Positions 60,956 through 64,000 of a stretch of 64,000 bases of DNA are shown one piece after another. Every line of letters starts with the position of its first letter. Position 1 is the first letter of the stretch. A model generated the notes under the pieces. That model saw only the letters and a list, made by a program, of their open reading frames with translations, did not search any database and was not told the origin of the DNA. The translations under genes and the position numbers were made by a program. The DNA comes from Caulobacteraceae bacterium (GTDB lineage: Bacteria > Pseudomonadota > Alphaproteobacteria > Caulobacterales > Caulobacteraceae): assembly GCA_035493215.1 (NCBI GenBank), contig DATJIO010000007.1, positions 15,578 to 79,577 on the forward strand. The letters are read 5' to 3'.

Positions 60956-61861
60956 ATGCTCCGCTCGAACGTGATCGGCTCCGGCCGCCGGCGATCCCGC
61001 CTCGCCGATTGCGCCGCGGCGGCCCTGTCGATGTTCCTCCTCGGCGGCGGGACGGCCCACGCGCAATGGTCCATCGGCCCGCCCGGGCCCCGTGAGGCTG
61101 CGCCGGGGCTGAACCGTTACCTGTATCTGGTGGCCTCCACGCCGCTTCCCGGCCTCGAGCAGGCCTTCAACGAGGCCTACCAGAACCAGCACATGGGGGA
61201 CCTCCTCCAGCTCGACGGCTGGGTGGGCGCCCAGCGCTTCCGCCTGGCGACCGACGGCCAGCCCCGCTCGATCCCGGGCTCCCGCTACGGCTATCTGATC
61301 GTCTGGGAGCAGGAAGGCGCCAGCCCGCCGCCCGTCCCCATCGGCGGCAAGAACCGGCGGATTCCGGGCTACGACTTCACCACGCCGGACGCCAACTGGC
61401 AGGCTACCTACAAGGTGGTCGGACCCAGGAAGCGGCGGCCGGACGGGCGGGGACCGTTCATGCCCGCGGCCTCCGACACCGAGACGCCGCGCCCGAACCG
61501 CTACGTCCTGATGGAGTTCGACGACCCGCCGCCGGGGGTCGGGGAGGCCGACTTCGAGGCGACGCTGGACCGACGGATCGACCAGGTCCTGGCTGTGCCG
61601 GGCTGGATGGCGGCCCAGAGGCTGCGTCTGGAGCCGACCCCGCAACCCGTGGGCCGGCCGGCCCGTCCGCCGTCGCCGGCGGATCGGTACCTGATCGTCT
61701 GGGAGACTGAGGGGCGTTCCGCCCAGGCGCTGCAGGACGCCCTCCTGGCGGCGGTCAAGGCCGGCAAGGTCGAGCCCTTCGTGCGGGACCCGGCCACGGC
61801 TCAATCGACCTACTGGCAGCCGATCAGCCCTTACGTCACCAAGGACGACATCGAGCGCTGA
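60956..61861 (+). CDS. Secreted hypothetical protein with an internal duplication
   Basis: ATG 60956. The two halves share RYxYLIVWEQEG / RYLIVWETEG and ...GWVGAQRFRL / GWMAAQRLRL. Confidence 0.55.
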   Translation: MLRSNVIGSGRRRSRLADCAAAALSMFLLGGGTAHAQWSIGPPGPREAAPGLNRYLYLVASTPLPGLEQAFNEAYQNQHMGDLLQLDGWVGAQRFRLATDGQPRSIPGSRYGYLIVWEQEGASPPPVPIGGKNRRIPGYDFTTPDANWQATYKVVGPRKRRPDGRGPFMPAASDTETPRPNRYVLMEFDDPPPGVGEADFEATLDRRIDQVLAVPGWMAAQRLRLEPTPQPVGRPARPPSPADRYLIVWETEGRSAQALQDALLAAVKAGKVEPFVRDPATAQSTYWQPISPYVTKDDIER

Positions 61862-61885
61862 GTGGAAACCCTCGCCCCTCTTGCG

Positions 61886-61967
61886 TAGGCGCGGCGAGAC
61901 TCGAACTCGCATGACCGAAGTCGGGGGATTTTAAGTCCCATGTGTCTACCAGTTCCACCACGCGCCC
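61886..61967 (-). tRNA. tRNA-Leu (anticodon UAA)
   Basis: The reverse complement reads GGGCGCG-TG-GTGGAACTGGTAGACAC...GGGA-CTTAAAA-TCCC...long variable arm...GCGAG-TTCGAGT-CTCGC-CGCGCCT-A. The acceptor stem has 7 pairs (G1-U72 wobble) and a T-loop TTCGAGT. CCA is not encoded. Confidence 0.9.
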
Positions 61968-62111
61968 AACGCAGCCGTTCCCGTTTAGAGGCGCGTCCGG
62001 TCGCCCGCAATGAGGGAGGCTTTCCAGTGCTCCGGGAGGGCGGCCTTATGGCTCGGCTTCGTGACATTCGCCCTATGGACATGTCCACCGCCGGTCCACC
62101 GCCCTCGCGCC

Positions 62112-62699
62112 TCAGTCCAGGCGCTGCCCGTCGAGCGCCGCCAGGCGCAGGTGGGCGCGCGGCCGCACCGGGGCGATGGGCGGCTGCACCGGGACGGGGA
62201 TGTGGAAGTCGTCGTCGGCGACCTTGGTCCCGTTGAGGGTCAGGGCCACCAGGGCCTGGCCGTGCAGGCGGCGCAGCGAGGTCGTGGGCTGGTACAGGCC
62301 CAGCACCCGGTCCAGCTCGCCGGTCGGGCCCACCAGCGGGGCCAGGACGATCTCGAATTGGGCTTCGTCGCCCTTGCCGGTCCAGCCGGAGGCCGACAGC
62401 ACCACCGGAACTCCGCCCTCGCGGGCCAGGGCCAGGGCGTCGTGGACCGCCTGGCGGTCCGAGGCCATCCACAGGGAGAAGAAGCACACGCCGCGCAGGT
62501 CGCGGGCGTGCAGGTCGGCCAGCAGGCCGCCGGCCAGGCGGAACGGCTCGCTGAGGTCCGGCTCGGTGCCGAGCAGGAAGACCTGGGGCAGCAGCTCGCG
62601 GTAGGCGGCCGGCGAGATGTCGGCCCGGGCCGGCGCCGCACGGTCGCCGCGCCGCGCATTCCAGTCCTCGATCACGCGCTGTGTATTGCTGTGGAACAT
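62112..62699 (-). CDS. PAS_5-like small PAS-domain protein
   Basis: Trimmed to ATG 62699 (MFHSNTQRVIEDWNARRGDRAAPARADISPAAYRELLPQVFLL...), typical of about 190-aa alphaproteobacterial PAS_5 proteins as I recall. Confidence 0.6.
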   Translation of the reverse strand: MFHSNTQRVIEDWNARRGDRAAPARADISPAAYRELLPQVFLLGTEPDLSEPFRLAGGLLADLHARDLRGVCFFSLWMASDRQAVHDALALAREGGVPVVLSASGWTGKGDEAQFEIVLAPLVGPTGELDRVLGLYQPTTSLRRLHGQALVALTLNGTKVADDDFHIPVPVQPPIAPVRPRAHLRLAALDGQRLD

Positions 62700-62739
62700 G
62701 TCGTTCTCCTGGAAGGATCGGGGCCGAGGGACGGGCTGG

Positions 62740-63555
62740 CTAGTGACGCCGGCCCGAGCCGCCGCCCCAGCCGCCGCCTTGCTTGCCGCCGCCCTGCTTG
62801 CCGCCGCAGGATCCGCAGGTCGGGGGAGGCGGGGGCGCGTTGCAGCTGTTGCAGCCTTGGCCGCCCGGCTTGCCGCCATGGCCGCCCTTGCCGCCGCCGT
62901 TGAAGCTGGCGTTGAAGGTCACCGAGGCGTTGGCGCTCGCACTGGCGCTCGACTGGCTGCTGGCGCTGGCCCAGGCGGACGAGGCGCTCTGGGCCCGGGC
63001 GAAGCCGCTGCCGAAATCGGAGAAGCCGCCGCCGCCGGCGCCGCCGCTGATGAAGCCGGGACCGACCCCGCCGCCGAAGCCGCTGTCACGCAGGATGACG
63101 GTCTCGGGCGGCGCCGCCGGAACGCAGACGTAGGCGCACGGGGGCGGAGGCGGCGGGGGAGGGGGCGCGCAGACCGGGCAGGGCATGGCGTAGCCGGTCG
63201 GGTAGGGATAGGGCGCGGGCGCCGGATAGGGGTAGGCCTGGGCGGGATAGGCGTAGCCCTGCTGATACTGCCCGTACTGCTGGTAGCCGCCCGCCCACTG
63301 GCCCTGGCCCGCCGAGGACCATTCCTGCACCGCGTAGGCCGGGGCCGGCAGGTAGGCCTGGGCCGGGGCGTAGGCCGGAGCGTAGGTGGGGGCGTAGGCC
63401 GGATAGGCCGCGGGGGCGTAGGCCTGGGCCGGCGGCGCGAAGGCGTAGCCGGGAGAAGCCGGGGCATAGGCGCAGTCGGCGCCCGAGCAGGCCAGGGCCG
63501 CCGAGGCGGTGACGGATGCGAGCGTGGCGGCCAGTCCGAAGACGATGGTGTTCAC
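62740..63555 (-). CDS. Secreted extreme low-complexity protein (Ala/Pro/Tyr repeats, Pro9 run, Gly-, Ser- and Cys-rich blocks)
   Basis: GTG 63555 is preceded by GGGAGG at a 5-nt spacing. The signal peptide is VNTIVFGLAATLASVTASAALA. The body has YAPA/AYAP repeats, then CPVCAPPPPPPPPPCAYVC, and ends in CNSCNAPPPPPTCGSCGGKQGGGKQGGGWGGG. Confidence 0.6.
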   Translation of the reverse strand: MNTIVFGLAATLASVTASAALACSGADCAYAPASPGYAFAPPAQAYAPAAYPAYAPTYAPAYAPAQAYLPAPAYAVQEWSSAGQGQWAGGYQQYGQYQQGYAYPAQAYPYPAPAPYPYPTGYAMPCPVCAPPPPPPPPPCAYVCVPAAPPETVILRDSGFGGGVGPGFISGGAGGGGFSDFGSGFARAQSASSAWASASSQSSASASANASVTFNASFNGGGKGGHGGKPGGQGCNSCNAPPPPPTCGSCGGKQGGGKQGGGWGGGSGRRH

Positions 63556-63724
63556 GAGGCCCTCCCAAAATGGAACAGCGGAGACGCGTTTGCGCGCCGG
63601 ATGCCCCATCCTTTCAAGAGCCGCGCCGTCCGCCGTGGGACGCCTGCGAGGAGGTCGATCTTAACCCTGCTTAAGGAGCTTTGACGCCAAGGTGCCTGCG
63701 ACTGCGCCTAGTGGAGACGGGCCG

Positions 63725-64000
63725 ATGATCAAGGGATTCAAGGCTTGGGCCGCGTTCGCGGCGGCCTTGGCGCTGACGGCGCTGGCCGGCGGCGCCTATG
63801 CCGCCACCTGCTGCAACGTCCCCACCACGCACCAGGTGCGGGTCCCCGGCGTGGTGGTGGGCCGGCCGACGGTGTCGCAAGGTTGCAGCTCGAACTGCCA
63901 GCCCAGCTGCCCCACCGACTGCAACTCGACCCCGCCGCCCTGCGACACCTGTTCGCCGCCCCCGTCCTGCAACGAGAACTGCGGCCGCCGCAACAAGGGC
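63725..64000 (+). CDS. Secreted Cys/Pro-rich protein (5' part; runs off the window)
   Basis: Absent from the track because it is open at the window edge. My translation gives MIKGFKAWAAFAAALALTALAGGAYA-ATCCNVPTTHQVRVPGVVVGRPTVSQGCSSNCQPSCPTDCNSTPPPCDTCSPPPSCNENCGRRNKG. Confidence 0.5.
   Translation, partial: MIKGFKAWAAFAAALALTALAGGAYAATCCNVPTTHQVRVPGVVVGRPTVSQGCSSNCQPSCPTDCNSTPPPCDTCSPPPSCNENCGRRNKG

Noticed and set aside
61862-61985. tRNA-Leu as the attachment site of an island
   Set aside because: There is no direct repeat of the tRNA 3' end, no integrase and no GC shift in either flank within this window.
62740-63555. Short nucleotide repeats (GCC/GGC/TAGGC periodicity) as a CRISPR or tandem-repeat array
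   Set aside because: The repeats are irregular, lack spacers of constant length and lie inside a coherent ORF with an RBS and a signal peptide. They encode low-complexity peptide repeats.
63661-63674. TTAA-N6-TTAA between the two low-complexity genes as a CtrA box
   Set aside because: The CtrA consensus requires a 7-nt spacer (TTAA-N7-TTAAC), and the spacing here is 6.

Overview
High-GC DNA (about 68-73% in 60-nt spot counts). By gene content it is an alphaproteobacterial chromosome segment, probably Caulobacterales-like; that assignment is inference. The supporting genes are an HWE histidine kinase, a Caulobacter-type flagellin, tandem DUF2939-like proteins, an ATPase zeta-inhibitor homologue and split purL/purQ/purS. 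Most of the window is ordinary core genome: recA, alaS, icd, rpsD, grxD/bolA, purL, purQ, purC, purS, purB, trxC, hppD, radC, map, cysE, queF, phoH, one flagellin gene, tRNA-Leu(UAA), two-component sensors and many small conserved hypotheticals. Many long track ORFs are wrong-frame or antisense shadows typical of high-GC DNA, so I trimmed or discarded them. The stand-out feature is a lower-GC island of about 7.5 kb (42979-50494) inserted inside sfsA. It carries a diverged surrogate sfsA 5' end that keeps the gene intact. The displaced native 5' fragment remains at 50483-50734, and a 6-bp GGTGTT sits at both junctions. The island's large serine recombinase gene has two frameshifts, and it also encodes a small resolvase preceded by res-like repeats. 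Its cargo has no named function that I can assign. One part is a translationally coupled operon of an HNH nuclease, an orphan alpha/beta protein and a minimal nucleotidyltransferase. The cargo also includes a small HUH-motif protein. A further module has three small ORFs followed by a 567-aa beta-propeller protein. The HNH/orphan/MNT operon is my best candidate for an undescribed defence or addiction system. Secondary observations are a promoter-plus-terminator unit just upstream of phoH (candidate sRNA or leader), a hairpin pair upstream of purC, three coupled small ORFs between purL and purQ, and a divergent pair of extreme low-complexity Cys/Pro/Tyr-rich secreted proteins at the right edge. 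All family names come from my recollection of motifs. No database search was run.
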